Positions 28,635 through 38,076 of a stretch of DNA of 64,000 nucleotides are shown piece by piece. The notes below the pieces were generated by a model that was not told where the DNA came from, searched no databases, and saw only the letters and a list, made by a program, of their open reading frames with translations. Numbering within the stretch: the first letter of the stretch is position 1; each line of letters starts with the position of its first letter. A program made the translations under genes and the position numbers. Source of the stretch: a virus (taxonomy: Duplodnaviria > Heunggongvirae > Uroviricota > Caudoviricetes); IMG/VR virus record IMGVR_UViG_2571042390_000001. One strand, given 5' to 3'.

Positions 28635-29663
28635 ATGAGTGAATTAATTATCTCTGGCAGCTCCGGTGGTTTTCTGCGCAACATTGGCAAAGAGTACCAG
28701 GAGGCCGCAGAAAACTTTATGCGGTTCATGAATGACCAGGGGGCTTATGCGCCGAATACTCTGCGCGACCTCCGGTTGGTGTTTCATTCATGGGCGCGCT
28801 GGTGTCACGCTCGCCAGCTTGCCTGGTTTCCGATCTCACCAGAAATGGCCCGCGAGTATTTTCTTCAGCTGCATGATGCCGATCTGGCTTCGACCACCAT
28901 TGATAAGCACTACGCCATGCTGAATATGCTGCTTTCGCATTGTGGCCTTCCGCCACTTTCGGATGATAAAAGTGTTTCTCTGGCTATGCGGCGCATCCGG
29001 CGCGAAGCGGCAACTGAAAAAGGCGAACGAACAGGCCAGGCTATACCGCTTCGGTGGGACGATCTGAAACTGCTCGACGTCCTGTTGTCCAGGTCAGAAC
29101 GGCTGGTGGACCTGCGCAACCGGGCTTTTCTCTTTGTTGCATACAATACGCTGATGCGTATGTCGGAAATCTCGCGTATTCGTGTAGGAGATCTGGACCA
29201 AACAGGTGACACTGTCACGCTACATATTTCACACACGAAGACAATAACGACCGCCGCCGGGCTTGATAAGGTGCTTTCCCGTCGCACTACCGCTGTGCTG
29301 AATGACTGGCTGGATGTTTCCGGGCTTCGCGAACATCCTGACGCAGTGCTGCTCCCGCCGATACACCGTAGCAATAAGGCCAGGATCACGACAACGCCCC
29401 TTACTGCACCTGCAATGGAGAAAATATTCAGCGACGCCTGGGTGTTGCTGAATAAAAGAGATGCTACGCCAAACAAAGGAAGATACCGGACGTGGACCGG
29501 GCATAGTGCACGCGTCGGGGCCGCTATTGATATGGCTGAAAAGCAGGTGTCTATGGTGGAGATCATGCAGGAAGGAACCTGGAAGAAACCGGAAACACTT
29601 ATGCGGTATCTTCGCCGTGGCGGCGTGTCTGTGGGGGCTAATAGCCGCCTGATGGATTTGTAA
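28635..29663 (+). CDS. cre: Cre-like tyrosine recombinase
   Basis: WTGHSARVGAAIDMAEKQVSMVEIMQEGTWKKPETLMRYLR parallels the Cre C-terminal catalytic region (WSGHSARVGAARDMARAGVSIPEIMQAGGWTNVNIVMNYIR). Confidence 0.85.
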   Translation: MSELIISGSSGGFLRNIGKEYQEAAENFMRFMNDQGAYAPNTLRDLRLVFHSWARWCHARQLAWFPISPEMAREYFLQLHDADLASTTIDKHYAMLNMLLSHCGLPPLSDDKSVSLAMRRIRREAATEKGERTGQAIPLRWDDLKLLDVLLSRSERLVDLRNRAFLFVAYNTLMRMSEISRIRVGDLDQTGDTVTLHISHTKTITTAAGLDKVLSRRTTAVLNDWLDVSGLREHPDAVLLPPIHRSNKARITTTPLTAPAMEKIFSDAWVLLNKRDATPNKGRYRTWTGHSARVGAAIDMAEKQVSMVEIMQEGTWKKPETLMRYLRRGGVSVGANSRLMDL

Positions 29664-29668
29664 ATTAA

Positions 29669-29677
29669 ATTTCTAAC
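29669..29677. promoter_or_regulatory. Operator-like motif TTTCTAACA downstream of cre
   Basis: Upstream of ORF 29737. Confidence 0.4.
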
Positions 29678-29736
29678 ACATCTTTTTAGATTAACGCCTT
29701 TGCTGTAAAGTACCCTCGCCTATTTAGGAGGGTGCT

Positions 29737-30081
29737 TTGCAGAGCCAAATCACGGAATCAAGACGCTTCAAGGTGGATGGTTACACCGTAACCTTCGCCG
29801 CTGGTGTTAAGAACAGTCATGCTGTTGTTGTGTTCGGCATCATGACCGGGCTTGAGGCCGTCCCTGTGTTTACCCTCGAAAAAAACTGGCGAAATCTGGA
29901 GGAAGCAGAAAGCTACGTCCGGAAAGTAACCATCATTGCCGCCGAAAAACTCCTGGCCCACTATCAGGAAAATTATCGCACTATGGTCGAGAAGATTAAT
30001 CTCGCTTTCACTCGCCCCACTACCGGCTTTATTGCACCGAATACTAATGCAGGTCGATATCCGGCAAGGGGGCGTCGGTGA
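29737..30081 (+). CDS. Hypothetical protein (114 aa)
   Basis: TTG start with AGGAGG RBS. Confidence 0.45.
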   Translation: MQSQITESRRFKVDGYTVTFAAGVKNSHAVVVFGIMTGLEAVPVFTLEKNWRNLEEAESYVRKVTIIAAEKLLAHYQENYRTMVEKINLAFTRPTTGFIAPNTNAGRYPARGRR

Positions 30082-30554
30082 AAACTTATTACCCATCTCT
30101 GAATTGTTACCCGTCTTCCTATCCAGAATTATCCGGGAAGCTGTTAGCTCTATTAGCTAAAGCACCTACGGAATGGTTTAAGCCAGTCGTTATCAATCCA
30201 CACTTCCTGGATTACGGATCTGTTCGCACTCGTAACGAACTCAAAAACCTACTGGCGCATGGATTCATTCGACACCGTTCCGGTAAAGGCTATCAGTTAG
30301 CGATTGCGCCAGAAGAGGCCGTGCGGCTATTCGCATATCGTGACAGCCAGACAAAAGCTCGGGTAATAGCTCAAATACTTCATAACGGCAGCACCTATGC
30401 CCGCCAGTTTGGCGGCGACACGTCGCAGTTCTTGCGGGCGGTGCGATCGCTGGAGGAGCAAGGAATTATTGAAAGTTCCTGTCTTCCTGTTCCTACCGTT
30501 CCACATATCAAACGTCGGGTTTACACCTTCACGCAGAGAGCTAAAAAACAATGA
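30078..30554 (+). CDS. Hypothetical protein (158 aa)
   Basis: GTG start overlapping upstream stop. Confidence 0.4.
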   Translation: MKTYYPSLNCYPSSYPELSGKLLALLAKAPTEWFKPVVINPHFLDYGSVRTRNELKNLLAHGFIRHRSGKGYQLAIAPEEAVRLFAYRDSQTKARVIAQILHNGSTYARQFGGDTSQFLRAVRSLEEQGIIESSCLPVPTVPHIKRRVYTFTQRAKKQ

Positions 30555-31045
30555 TTTACGTAAAAGTGAAACGCCTACATCCGGCAGCAAAACTTCCAGC
30601 TTATGCCACCTCCGGATCGGCGGCGATGGATTTTGAGGCTGTTGAAATAAAACCATGCGTCGATAGCAATGGTGCAATTTCCTCAAGCTGGTGGGTGTAT
30701 ACCGGACTGGCTATGGAGATCCCGCCCGGCTGGTGTCTGAAACTCTATCCGCGATCCGGATTGGGCTGCAAAAAACATACTCGCCTGGCTAACTGCGTAG
30801 GAATTATCGACTCCGATTATCGCGGCGAAATCATGGCAAAACTGATTACTGATCCCGGCGGGGAAGGCGTTTGTCTCAAGCCTGGAATGGCGGTCATGCA
30901 AGGCATTTTTGAGCGTGTTGAACCGGTATCGCTGGTAGAAGTTGATGAACTCGATGAAACAGAGCGAGGTGCTGGTGGCTTTGGTAGCACATCGGAAGAC
31001 CGCATTGAAATCAAGCGTACACCGCTTCAGTACGAAAAGTTTTAA
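30551..31045 (+). CDS. dut: dUTP diphosphatase (dUTPase)
   Basis: Conserved dUTPase motifs AYATSGSAAMD, PRSGL, GIIDSDYRGE, RGAGGFGSTS. Confidence 0.85.
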   Translation: MIYVKVKRLHPAAKLPAYATSGSAAMDFEAVEIKPCVDSNGAISSSWWVYTGLAMEIPPGWCLKLYPRSGLGCKKHTRLANCVGIIDSDYRGEIMAKLITDPGGEGVCLKPGMAVMQGIFERVEPVSLVEVDELDETERGAGGFGSTSEDRIEIKRTPLQYEKF

Positions 31046-31059
31046 GTAGAGGAAAGATT

Positions 31060-31722
31060 ATGGCCAGCACTTTTCAGGTGTTCCCCAAATACAAAAGCCA
31101 CAGCATCATTCGGGCATCGAAAATCAAAGATATTGTTATTGTCGGCGAAGCTTATGCGCCCATTTTTGGCAGTATCGAAGTCGTTGAGCCAAAAGGAATG
31201 ACGCTTCGTGTTGATGGTGTGTTCTTGGAAAAATTCCGACCGCAAATAGGAGGATATCTCGTCACTGCTGAAAATGGCTATCTGGTCTATGTGCCAGAGA
31301 AAGCATTTGAAAAATGCTATAGCCGGGTTAACGACGCCTCCGAAAATGGGGTATCGCTCAGCATTGAAGGTCACAATGGGGTGACATTCATTACAGCCAG
31401 GGACGTAACTATTTCTGCTGGCGGTATCGCTACTCTACAAGAAGAAATCGACCTTGAAGCAGCCGACTTTTCTGACGCGCTGATGTGGCTGAAGGATGGC
31501 AAGAAAGTTGCCCGACGTGGGTGGAACGGCGAAAACCAATTCTGCTGGCTGGTTCCCGAAGGACAGTACCCGGCACGAATGGAAGCCATTAAGGGATATT
31601 TCCCCGGCGATCTCGTTCCGTATGGTGCTTATTTCGCCTTAAAAAATGCACAAGGTGTAGTTGTTCCGTGGGTTCCTTCTGTAGGCGACTTACTGGCATG
31701 TGACTGGTTTGTGGTGGAGTGA
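31060..31722 (+). CDS. Protein with C-terminal DUF2829 (Tad2-family) domain (220 aa)
   Basis: ALMWLKDGKKVARRGWNGENQF ... VPWVPSVGDLLACDWFVVE, a close match to the DUF2829 signature. Confidence 0.6.
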   Translation: MASTFQVFPKYKSHSIIRASKIKDIVIVGEAYAPIFGSIEVVEPKGMTLRVDGVFLEKFRPQIGGYLVTAENGYLVYVPEKAFEKCYSRVNDASENGVSLSIEGHNGVTFITARDVTISAGGIATLQEEIDLEAADFSDALMWLKDGKKVARRGWNGENQFCWLVPEGQYPARMEAIKGYFPGDLVPYGAYFALKNAQGVVVPWVPSVGDLLACDWFVVE

Positions 31723-31728
31723 TTTAAC

Positions 31729-32496
31729 GTGGAAAATACTAAAGCAATTCAATACCGCTTGCGTAATGGCCTGCTGGTGGCTGTTAACGCCGACATGTCA
31801 CTGCCGTTTGACACGATTGAACGCACTATCATGACGTATCTCGGCTTTAATGAAGAACTGAATGAAGAGCATGGCGTAGCTATATGGAACGATGCAGATA
31901 ACGGCGCTCGTCGTCATATTACAGCCAGAGGAAAAGACTACTCTCTGGAAGAACTGTTTACCCTTGCACAGTCTTTCGAATGTGTAGCATTGGACCTGTT
32001 TAATGATCATGCTATAGCGCAACGACTTATCCGCGAGCTTGGGCTGTCCGTTACCCCAATCATCTTTAGAAATGGCAGCCTGACTGGCACATGGCGCGTA
32101 GAACGCATCTCAAACTACCTTCCATATAACCGACTGTTAAATGGAGTAATCTCCGGCGTTAATCAGCCCGTAGCGTGTGAAAATGTAAACCTGGTTGTCG
32201 CTGTTTTGGCAACCGCATGTCGTGTTATCGGTTTGGCTAAACAGGCATTTATTCATTTCCCAAATGGTGCAGAAGGTAGCGCAGAGATTATCGCGTGTGA
32301 TTTCGAATTTACCTGGATGCTACGAGAATATCTGGACCAAACAGTGTTCCGCGCCGAAGAACTGGATATGTATATCACGTCAACGATTCCTGATGATGTG
32401 CGTGCTGAAGCAATCGCTACAGCAAGGGCCAAATGCCGTGCGGCGATTGCAGAGCAGGCCAAAGAAGAAGTTAAGGAAGTGGCAGATGGCGACTAA
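31729..32496 (+). CDS. Hypothetical protein (255 aa)
   Basis: GTG start; in operon with dut and the DUF2829 gene. Confidence 0.4.
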   Translation: MENTKAIQYRLRNGLLVAVNADMSLPFDTIERTIMTYLGFNEELNEEHGVAIWNDADNGARRHITARGKDYSLEELFTLAQSFECVALDLFNDHAIAQRLIRELGLSVTPIIFRNGSLTGTWRVERISNYLPYNRLLNGVISGVNQPVACENVNLVVAVLATACRVIGLAKQAFIHFPNGAEGSAEIIACDFEFTWMLREYLDQTVFRAEELDMYITSTIPDDVRAEAIATARAKCRAAIAEQAKEEVKEVADGD

Positions 32497-33580
32497 GAGC
32501 AATATTTATAAAGATCCGCGCTGGCTGTCGCTGGTGGAGAAATATAAAGACAATTGGGTTCTGGCAGCAAAAGAATTGTTTGATATTGATTTAAGCCACC
32601 AGCAACAACAAATTGTTGAAGCTATACAGCCCAATAATGCAAAAGCTACTGTCACCACTCCGCATGGGATCGGACGACCGCAAGTGCTTGCTGTTATTAG
32701 TACCCTTTATACGATTATGTATCCTGATTCCCGGACAGTAATTGTTTATCCAAAATCAAATGCTTGCAAAAAAGGAATTGTTGCATATGTGTGGCAATGT
32801 TGGGAGGCATTACTGAAAAAACAACCTTTTATCATTGAGTATTTTAAGGTCGGTGATAGCGGTCTGATGTTCAATGAATTTTGGGGAATGTGCTTTTGTA
32901 ACTACCGCCTTAACTATGAAGATAGCATTGCAGGTCACTACGCCGACCATCTGTTATTCATTATTGTGGATTCCGCACATATCAGCGATCGGGCATACAG
33001 TATTGTGTGGGCAAGCATGACTAGTGGTGATTCACGCATATTGCTCACTTCAATTCCGTCACCAGAGGAAATAGGATTTTTTTATGATTCTCATCATGGG
33101 CGTGCTTTAGCTGAAGATAATCCGAGTGGTGCCTATAAAGCCATTAAGCTGAGTGCTGAGGATTCACCATTTATTACCCAAGAATATCTTGATCATTTTG
33201 CCGAAAGGTATGGCGGGCGAAATAGTGATGACTACCGTCGTATGATTCTTGGTGAGTTCCCTGGTATTAGGGAGGCTGTTCTTGAATCAGATATGCCGAA
33301 GACAATGCGCTTTTCGATGCCTGATGGTAGTGAATGGACAATACCATTACGAGTGATAGCCCGGCATCATGCGCAGCACCACGCCAAAAAACATGGCGTC
33401 ACGACATTAGAATGGTTGAAATCGCACACCATTCCACTCTTCACTGCAGATCACAATGCTATCGTTGAGTGGGCAAAAACAATTCCGTGGGAGAATGTCG
33501 CTGAATACGCCCACATGCTAAAACCGCCGAAAGACAGGCAAGAAATTAGCTGGCTGACAGCAGAAAAAATCATTGAGTGA
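32486..33580 (+). CDS. Terminase large-subunit ATPase-domain paralog with degenerate Walker motifs
   Basis: Homologous to PacB-like N-terminal domain (DPRW, HQQQQI, FYDSHH blocks) but P-loop is PHGIGRP and Walker B is IIVDS; no nuclease domain; ATG at about 32486. Confidence 0.55.
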   Translation: MATKSNIYKDPRWLSLVEKYKDNWVLAAKELFDIDLSHQQQQIVEAIQPNNAKATVTTPHGIGRPQVLAVISTLYTIMYPDSRTVIVYPKSNACKKGIVAYVWQCWEALLKKQPFIIEYFKVGDSGLMFNEFWGMCFCNYRLNYEDSIAGHYADHLLFIIVDSAHISDRAYSIVWASMTSGDSRILLTSIPSPEEIGFFYDSHHGRALAEDNPSGAYKAIKLSAEDSPFITQEYLDHFAERYGGRNSDDYRRMILGEFPGIREAVLESDMPKTMRFSMPDGSEWTIPLRVIARHHAQHHAKKHGVTTLEWLKSHTIPLFTADHNAIVEWAKTIPWENVAEYAHMLKPPKDRQEISWLTAEKIIE

Positions 33581-33587
33581 TAGTAAG

Positions 33588-33618
33588 AAGCCCGCCTGGT
33601 TGAGCGGGCTTCTTTTCA
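33588..33618 (+). terminator. Rho-independent terminator (between convergent genes)
   Basis: gaagcccgc/gcgggcttc stem followed by T-run. Confidence 0.55.
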
Positions 33619-33996
33619 AATATTGGAACCATATAGTTCACGTAGTTTTTTCGCTACTGAAGATACGGGGATTTCACCAGTTGCAGCCCCCACTGCAAGC
33701 TCCACCAGCACGGGATCATCATATACCTGTATACCGTTACGGCGTAGAAATAGCAGCGCACTGTTTAGCGCGGTACGCTTATTGGCATCATTGAATATAT
33801 GCCCTCTCGCCGTAGCCACCAGGTAGGTGGCGGAGACTTCGAAAAGGTCGGTGATCTCTTCGTAGGCAACTCTGGCCTGAACTCTCCCGATAATGGCCTC
33901 TGCCCTACCCGGATCTGACATTCCCGGCAGGCCGCCGTAGCGGCTTATATTCGCATCATGAAGCGCAATAAGTTCTTCCGGTGATATATGCCTCAT
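33616..33996 (-). CDS. doc: Doc toxin (Fic/Doc family, death-on-curing)
   Basis: Sequence recalled as near-identical to P1 Doc ([25 protein letters not shown] ... [19 protein letters not shown]). Confidence 0.9.
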
Positions 33997-34217
33997 TATC
34001 GGTTAACCAGTTCCTTGTTGGTGGAGTCCAGGGTGTCAAACAGGGATGCAAATTCAGCATCCAGCGCCGCCTTTTTGTAGGCTTCGAAAGTAGCCTTGCT
34101 GACAATTACTGCTGGTTCACGGCCTCTGCGGGTGATTTCAACCTCTTCCCCGGCTTCAACATTGTTGAGCAATTCAGAAAGGTTGCCGCGCGCGGTACGG
34201 AAGTTAATAGATTGCAT
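33996..34217 (-). CDS. phd: Phd antitoxin (prevent-host-death)
   Basis: [15 protein letters not shown] ... matches P1 Phd as recalled; start taken at the ATG two codons inside the track ORF. Confidence 0.9.
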
Positions 34218-34289
34218 AAACACCTCGTGTACTCGTTATGTGTACACAATCATAAACCTCACAGGCATAAAGCACCAGCACTTTGCAGC

Positions 34290-34679
34290 TTAAATAACCG
34301 GACAATCATCAAACTCCCCACTTCGGGCATCATTGATGACATGAGTGATCACACCAAAAACAGCATTACTGCCCGTGCATCCATCGTCATCTACTGGTAA
34401 CGCCTCTTTCTTCCCGGTGCTTAAATCCTCCAGGTGCTGGCGCGGATACTTTCGGTATCTCTTTATGCGATATTCTCCCTCCATAGCGCACACAAGCAGC
34501 GAACCATCAACCGGAGTAAGCGAGGAATCAACCACCAGCAAAGCACCCTGCAATATTCCCTCACGGTGATGGCTATCAGCTGCCCGCATGAAGTAGGTCG
34601 CTGAAGGATGTCTAATTATCTGCTGATCAAGAGAAATTCGGCTTTCAACATAATCCGCCGCAGGAGAAGGGAAGCCCAT
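34290..34679 (-). CDS. humD: HumD (UmuD' homolog, translesion synthesis accessory protein)
   Basis: UmuD-like LLVVDSSLTPVDGSLLVCAMEGEYRIKRY region; SOS box upstream; P1 synteny humD-phd-doc. Confidence 0.8.
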   Translation of the reverse strand: MGFPSPAADYVESRISLDQQIIRHPSATYFMRAADSHHREGILQGALLVVDSSLTPVDGSLLVCAMEGEYRIKRYRKYPRQHLEDLSTGKKEALPVDDDGCTGSNAVFGVITHVINDARSGEFDDCPVI

Positions 34680-34698
34680 AGCGTTTTACCTCAATGAT

Positions 34699-34715
34699 AC
34701 TGTTTATTCATACAG
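34699..34715 (-). promoter_or_regulatory. LexA (SOS) box upstream of humD
   Basis: taCTGTttattcatACAGta matches CTGT-N8-ACAG; about 20 bp upstream of humD start. Confidence 0.6.
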
Positions 34716-34802
34716 TATACATTGAAAAGGCATAGTTTGTGAAAGCGGGGTTTGTAGGCGCGCCACGCTGGGGGCTAATCACATTTCTCCCCCATCTTGC
34801 CG

Positions 34803-35054
34803 TTATTTTTTTGGTGCATCCTCGTTCTGATACACCGGATCGCTCCCTTTTGGCAACTGGAGGTTTAACTGCCGGTAGTGCCGTAGCCGTTCCATGAAAT
34901 AGGCGCGCAGGTTTTCCGGTTGCTCACGGGCCACCTGCTCTGCAATCACAGGTATATTCAGCCGTTCTTTGTAAGCAACGCCGCTGGCGGCAAGGTCTAC
35001 GTTCACCTTGTCTCGCTCTTCCTGGCTTTTAGCTGCTATATTTCGATCTGACAC
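34803..35054 (-). CDS. Hypothetical protein (83 aa); lxr-like position upstream of humD
   Basis: Position matches P1 lxr; no motif evidence. Confidence 0.4.
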   Translation of the reverse strand: MSDRNIAAKSQEERDKVNVDLAASGVAYKERLNIPVIAEQVAREQPENLRAYFMERLRHYRQLNLQLPKGSDPVYQNEDAPKK

Positions 35055-35086
35055 AAGAAACCTCCAGGAGTTAGTGGATCAGGCAC

Positions 35087-35437
35087 ATGCACAACAACGT
35101 TCTCAATGTTAGCCGTTCAATTCAGACAATCAGAGACTGCACCAGTGTGGTGGCATCAATCCCATTGCGAAACAGCATAGACGAACTGCAAATTCGTGTA
35201 TTGAATCTGAATCAGGCTAATAAGCAATTGCGCTTTATTTTGACGCTGAAAAGTGAAACAGAGGGGATAAAGCACAGCGTAAAAGTGTTTTCTGAGGCCA
35301 TTCTGCTTCATGGGACGCTCCGGCATCTGGTAAGGCCAGAACGTCAATATCCTGACGTCCTGGCGCGTGAAAAAGACCTTCTTTCCGAAGTTCAGAATAG
35401 GGTGATCGATTTCGTTAAATGCCACCCACTACAATGA
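35087..35437 (+). CDS. Hypothetical protein (116 aa)
   Basis: Isolated plus-strand ORF between minus-strand genes. Confidence 0.3.
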   Translation: MHNNVLNVSRSIQTIRDCTSVVASIPLRNSIDELQIRVLNLNQANKQLRFILTLKSETEGIKHSVKVFSEAILLHGTLRHLVRPERQYPDVLAREKDLLSEVQNRVIDFVKCHPLQ

Positions 35438-35493
35438 TTTGTAGTAACCAGGGGTACTGCGGGTAGCCAGAACTACAAGCTCACCAGTCATCA

Positions 35494-36309
35494 TTAATAC
35501 CGGCATTCATAGCATGAGTATCTCCACTGTTCATGGTCAAAGCACCAGAATGCTTCCCTGGGCAGATTGTGTTTGTTCATTAGCGCCAGAACTTGCGTAG
35601 GCGTATTCGCGGGAATTTCTGGTAATAAAGCCTTCGCCATTTCATGAACCAACATGGCATCAATGACGCCTAGCGTATGGCCTGCCTTAATCTTTAATGC
35701 AGTTTCAAGATAGCTCCTTTCCAGAGTTGTGCTTACTCTTGGCTTCGGCACCTCTTGTGGATGAGTATCCAGACGGTTGCCAGATTCATAGGCTACCCGC
35801 AGCCAGTGCATGAATGTTTCAGTAGACACACAACCGCAGTCCAAGTCGATTTTTTCGCGTTGTTGCCCCAGCCATTGCTCAAAATTTAACTTATTGGATG
35901 CTTCAAGAGCCTCTTCGTATTGTTTGCGCGAAATTATTTCCGTGTATTCCTCGCGATCAAGGTTACTTATCGGAAGCCTGACCTCAAGGCAAAAATTGCG
36001 CCCACGCGGGCTTTTCGCTGGATCAGAGCCAAAAGCAAAGAAACCATATGATGGTTCACAGCAGTCCTCTCTAACCATGCGACAATCGAGCACATCATCA
36101 GGCCACCCTCCACGCTTTGGCAGCTCCTGCACCAACAAGTCAATCAGCTTTATACTCTCACCGTCTTTGCAGGTTGCTAACGCTATTTGGGCAAGCTCCA
36201 ATACCTCATCTGCCGTGTATCCAGCGCCGTGTCCATACATTTCGATGCGTGCAATAATCTCTGATATGCGAAATTTAGTGATTTTAGTCATAGTTTTATT
36301 TCCTTGCAT
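35494..36309 (-). CDS. Hypothetical protein (271 aa)
   Basis: First gene (3' end) of the minus-strand accessory array. Confidence 0.45.
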   Translation of the reverse strand: MQGNKTMTKITKFRISEIIARIEMYGHGAGYTADEVLELAQIALATCKDGESIKLIDLLVQELPKRGGWPDDVLDCRMVREDCCEPSYGFFAFGSDPAKSPRGRNFCLEVRLPISNLDREEYTEIISRKQYEEALEASNKLNFEQWLGQQREKIDLDCGCVSTETFMHWLRVAYESGNRLDTHPQEVPKPRVSTTLERSYLETALKIKAGHTLGVIDAMLVHEMAKALLPEIPANTPTQVLALMNKHNLPREAFWCFDHEQWRYSCYECRY

Positions 36310-36497
36310 GGTTCGCCTTTACGGCATATAGCTGCACGGTCATTTCTTACATTAACCACGGTCACCGTTCCGTCATCGCATTGAATAACGATGAAAGGGT
36401 GTTCATTCTCTTTTGTGCAATGTTGCTGTTCCCCTGCTATAACAGTGAGGGGAATTAATAAAATAATAATTACTGCGAATTTACTAAATGTTGCCAT
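36288..36497 (-). CDS. Small secreted/membrane protein (69 aa)
   Basis: N-terminal signal-like hydrophobic segment FAVIIILLIPLTVIAG. Confidence 0.3.
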   Translation of the reverse strand: MATFSKFAVIIILLIPLTVIAGEQQHCTKENEHPFIVIQCDDGTVTVVNVRNDRAAICRKGEPCKEIKL

Positions 36498-36521
36498 AGC
36501 AATCTTTCTTTCTGTTTTTCA

Positions 36522-36815
36522 TTATGGTTGAATCCAGTTATCTTCAATAGCAATGCTCAATCTTTGTAACCATTCTGCTAATTTCAGCATTGCTTCTCTT
36601 TCGCTTAAACCACGAGGAAAATCATCAAGCGATATTGTTGGCTTGAAGTTTCCCAAATTATCCATTTCAACGGTCAGATTTTGCTCCAGCACGGTATTCC
36701 TTACGCGGCTATTGTGCCGAAGCAAATATACTGAACGTGATTTATTGGTTTTGTGGTCGAGCTGATATTCGGTAAGTATCATCTGGCTTCCGCCATGATT
36801 ATTACCGCGCCACAT
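36522..36815 (-). CDS. Hypothetical protein (97 aa)
   Basis: ORF in minus-strand array. Confidence 0.35.
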   Translation of the reverse strand: MWRGNNHGGSQMILTEYQLDHKTNKSRSVYLLRHNSRVRNTVLEQNLTVEMDNLGNFKPTISLDDFPRGLSEREAMLKLAEWLQRLSIAIEDNWIQP

Positions 36816-36838
36816 AATTACTCCGTGTTAATTGAAAT

Positions 36839-37141
36839 TTAGCTATTAATCTTCACTTTTATCGCGAACACCTTTACCGGTTTATCACCGAAGTGCGGAT
36901 GTGTGATTGTCTTGATTTCATATCCACCATACGGAACATCAATTCTGCGACTGGAATCGTCGCGCTTCGGATATCCCTTTGTGATAATCAGGCGGTCATA
37001 CTTACGGTTAACGAGGCGCTTATTCCAGTAGTCATTACACAGGCGATACTCTTCCGTTTTATCTCCGCGAATCATGGCATCGAAGTATTCACCTTTGACG
37101 GCAAGTTGCAGGTTAGCCATTACCTCACCTCCAGTCTCCAT
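36839..37141 (-). CDS. ASCH/DUF3850-like protein
   Basis: LQLAVKGEYFDAMIRGDKTEEYRLCNDYW resembles ASCH-type N-terminus. Confidence 0.4.
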   Translation of the reverse strand: METGGEVMANLQLAVKGEYFDAMIRGDKTEEYRLCNDYWNKRLVNRKYDRLIITKGYPKRDDSSRRIDVPYGGYEIKTITHPHFGDKPVKVFAIKVKINS

Positions 37142-37380
37142 ACCGCCTGACCAATCCGGCTGGCATGGGTATCTTTGGATACTGTTCCGTCTTTAGCCAG
37201 CTCCATAAGAATTTTGCGCAAATCTGCCGAGCGCCATTCTTCATCAGGAAATTCCTTCTCCATTGCCAACCGCAGATTCCAGGTTGCTATCGTGAATGGA
37301 TATTCACCGCCGAGAGCTTTCTCTTGTAGGGCAGCACGGGAACGCATCACCTGCAAAACCTTCTCTTTTACATCCATCAT
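37120..37380 (-). CDS. Hypothetical protein (86 aa)
   Basis: ORF in minus-strand array. Confidence 0.35.
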   Translation of the reverse strand: MMDVKEKVLQVMRSRAALQEKALGGEYPFTIATWNLRLAMEKEFPDEEWRSADLRKILMELAKDGTVSKDTHASRIGQAVWRLEVR

Positions 37381-38066
37381 TACGCCTCCTTCGGCGGTTC
37401 TGGTAGCGGCATCCAGTGGGTTACTTCTTTGAGATGCAGGTCTTCGCCATCACCGTCATCCCAAGTGGGATTGCCATCATTAAACCAGTCGCCATATACG
37501 CCGACCTGAGTGTTGGGGATGCTTGGTGGGTAGTTGTTTTTAAAGTCAGCTGCTAACACATAGTATTGTCGCTCTCCCATTTCTGGCATTCGATCACTAC
37601 AGCTTATCCAACCATCCGGAGTTACCGGAGAGTTGGTTGACGTTTCCGCAATTTCCCGAAAATTATTGGTTGACGAATTCGCGTTTTTCCGAAAGTTTCC
37701 GGCATGAAGCATAGCCGCGCGGCAGGCATTCCACCCCTTCACATAACCGAACGCCATCAACTGATCACTCATGGCGGGCAGCATTGTGTGGGTCGTACTG
37801 ATTTCTTCCGGCACTACCGGCGCTGGCGGGGCGATGCGTCCAAGCAACTTATTTACCTCTTTCGCCATCGCGTCATATTTATCTAAATGGCGATTAGCTT
37901 CTAAGCAGACTCGGCGCATCTGATCTGAGTTAACTCGTTTAACTGGATCTGCTTCCAGCGATGCCAGCGCAATCCGTGCCAGTTCCATTTGTTCACCACG
38001 GGTAAGCCCGTTTTCAAGCGGATTTTTAATGAACAATTCAATACGTTCTTTGGTAATAGTGGTCAT
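37380..38066 (-). CDS. DUF551-like protein
   Basis: C-terminal GWISCSDRMPE ... THWMPLPEPP signature; N-terminus shared with 38836..39285. Confidence 0.5.
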   Translation of the reverse strand: MTTITKERIELFIKNPLENGLTRGEQMELARIALASLEADPVKRVNSDQMRRVCLEANRHLDKYDAMAKEVNKLLGRIAPPAPVVPEEISTTHTMLPAMSDQLMAFGYVKGWNACRAAMLHAGNFRKNANSSTNNFREIAETSTNSPVTPDGWISCSDRMPEMGERQYYVLAADFKNNYPPSIPNTQVGVYGDWFNDGNPTWDDGDGEDLHLKEVTHWMPLPEPPKEA

Positions 38067-38076
38067 GTGTTACTCC

